DNA of 63,428 bases, the filler included, from Folioceros fuciformis (lineage: Eukaryota): the NCBI GenBank assembly GCA_049999805.1. It is 12 parts of 12 records of this genome, joined end to end, with 100 filler letters (N's around TTAATTAATTAA, not from the genome) between each part and the next. Parts side by side here need not be neighbours in the genome. Positions count along the whole stretch, not along the records: positions 61,849 to 63,428 come from JBNGIO010005004.1; 11 more parts are not named here. One strand, written 5' to 3'. This document shows, piece after piece, positions 61,749 through 63,428 of the stretch (the stretch's first letter is position 1; the number at the start of each line of letters is the position of its first letter). The notes below the pieces were generated by a model. That model ran no database searches. It saw nothing but the letters and a program-made list of their open reading frames with translations, and was not told the origin of the DNA. A program made the translations under genes and the position numbers.

Positions 61749-62039
61749 NNNNNNNNNNNNNNNNNNNNNNNNNNNNNNNNNNNNNNNNNNNNTTAATTAA
61801 TTAANNNNNNNNNNNNNNNNNNNNNNNNNNNNNNNNNNNNNNNNNNNNAGAAATAATAGCAGACCACGTTGGTTCTGTACCAATATGGTTAGTCAACTAG
61901 ACTTAGCAGTTAATATAGGTAGTTAGCCAAGCTAGCGAAAGGACACATCCCTTGGGAGACCACCTATAAAAGCCCACCTATGAACACACTTGTTTAACTT
62001 TTATTAATATAGCATCTTTGTTCAAGACGCTTCCACATG

Positions 62040-63428
62040 CAATTCTAACTGATATGGGCAAGGTTTGCCAACTTCTTAAAACACTCTATGGTTTGAAGCA
62101 GTCTAATAGGGCCTGGAACGAAACTTTCCATGCACTTTTGATAGAATTTGAGTTCACATGTATGGACGTTGATAGCAGTGTGTACATATTATGGGAAGAT
62201 GTAGACTTCCTTAATCTGACAGTGTATGTGGACGACAATTTTTTGTTTAGTACATCTACTACACTAATGGCTAGAATCAAGAGTGTATTGCTTTCCATAT
62301 TTGAAATGACCAACTTTGGCCAGCTCACCTTCTCTCTTGGCGTCCAATTTTATTTTTCAGAAGATAGGCATTCTATTGAGATCCACTAAGAGCATTACAT
62401 ACACCATCTATTGCAGCGTTTTAATATGGCTAACGCATGTCCTATTGCAACCCCTATGTCAACAGGTGATAAGGTTTCTAAGGAATAGAGTCCATCAACG
62501 CAGGAAGAGAAAGACATCATGGCCACACGCCCTTATAGGCAAGCTGTAGGCAGTTTGATTTACCTATCAGCTTGGACTTGCTTAGATATCTCAAGAGCAG
62601 TTAGTTGTGTCTCAATTTTTAGAAAACCCTGGTGAGGCTCATTGGACTGCTGTTAAGAGAATCTTTAGGTATCTCAAGGGTACCCCAAGGCTAGGACTCA
62701 CCTATACCAAATAGCCTAATGGTCTGATTTTGTCTTCCTATTGTGATGTTGATTGGGCCGGAGACCCTGACAGTAGAAGGAGTGTAGCAGCTTATTGTAA
62801 CATGCTGGGGGGTTCAGTGATCTCGTGGTCCAGTAAGAAGCTCTCGACTATATGCCTGTCCTTAACTGAGGCCGAGTATGGTGCACTTTCTTAAGTAGCG
62901 AGAGAGGTTATCTGGATTCGGTCTTTTCAAAGAGGGATACAGCAGCTTGCAACAGGCCCGACCATACTTTGGTGTGATAACCAATTAGCAATAGCGTTGT
63001 CCAAGAATCCTGTTTTCCATGCTAGGTCCAAACACATAGAAATTACTCATCACTTTATAAGGCAAGCTGCTGATACAGGAGAAGTAGAGGTCTGCTACAT
63101 TTCTACAACAGAGAATATTGCTGACCTACTTACTAAAGCCTTACCCAAGGCTTCACATTTGAAGCACTCAACAGTAGCTGGACTAAAACTTATCACAGCT
63201 ACAAGGAAGACTGGTACAGCACACTAAGGGCTGCAAGTTAGCAAGGATAGGGAAGTCAATCACTCTGTAGGCCTGAACAATGGAGACTACACAAAATGGG
63301 GTAGGGCAAGGTGGATGAAGCACCACATTCGAAGCAGACTTCCTTGGTTTCTCCATCAGTAGGCAGCAATGATTGCAAGTGAGGAACCAGATTCCCAACA
63401 AGATGATCACAGACCAGGCAAGCAGGAG
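62040..63428 (+). mobile_element. Degenerate copia RT-RNase H and 3' region
   Basis: LYGLKQSNRAW, VYVDD, YCDVDWAGD, KNPVFHARSKHIEI. Confidence 0.92.

Overview
Eukaryotic nuclear DNA, assembled from contigs joined by artificial 100-nt spacers (44 N + TTAATTAATTAA + 44 N), so adjacency across spacers is not biological evidence. The host is a land plant. A DYW:KP-type PPR editing-domain fragment points to a hornwort, fern or lycophyte, and the short introns with very dense SSRs favour a hornwort (inference). About 1-35.7 kb and 56.5-63.4 kb are mostly decayed transposons: several Ty1/copia copies with LTR, PBS and PPT, gypsy-like LTR and gag pieces, a near full-length L1-type LINE, GC-rich mosaic repeats and an LRR-RLK pseudogene. 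A gene island holds a spliced pirin-like gene lacking its metal ligands, an intronless ABC1/UbiB kinase, eEF1B-beta/delta and a class I small HSP with heat-shock elements. The main find is at 36927-37525 (minus strand, only partly visible in the ORF track): an animal-type caspase (peptidase C14A-like, not a metacaspase). It has the His-Gly and CRG catalytic motifs, a complete p10 subunit, a candidate SAVD/G maturation site and one in-frame stop in the p20-p10 linker.
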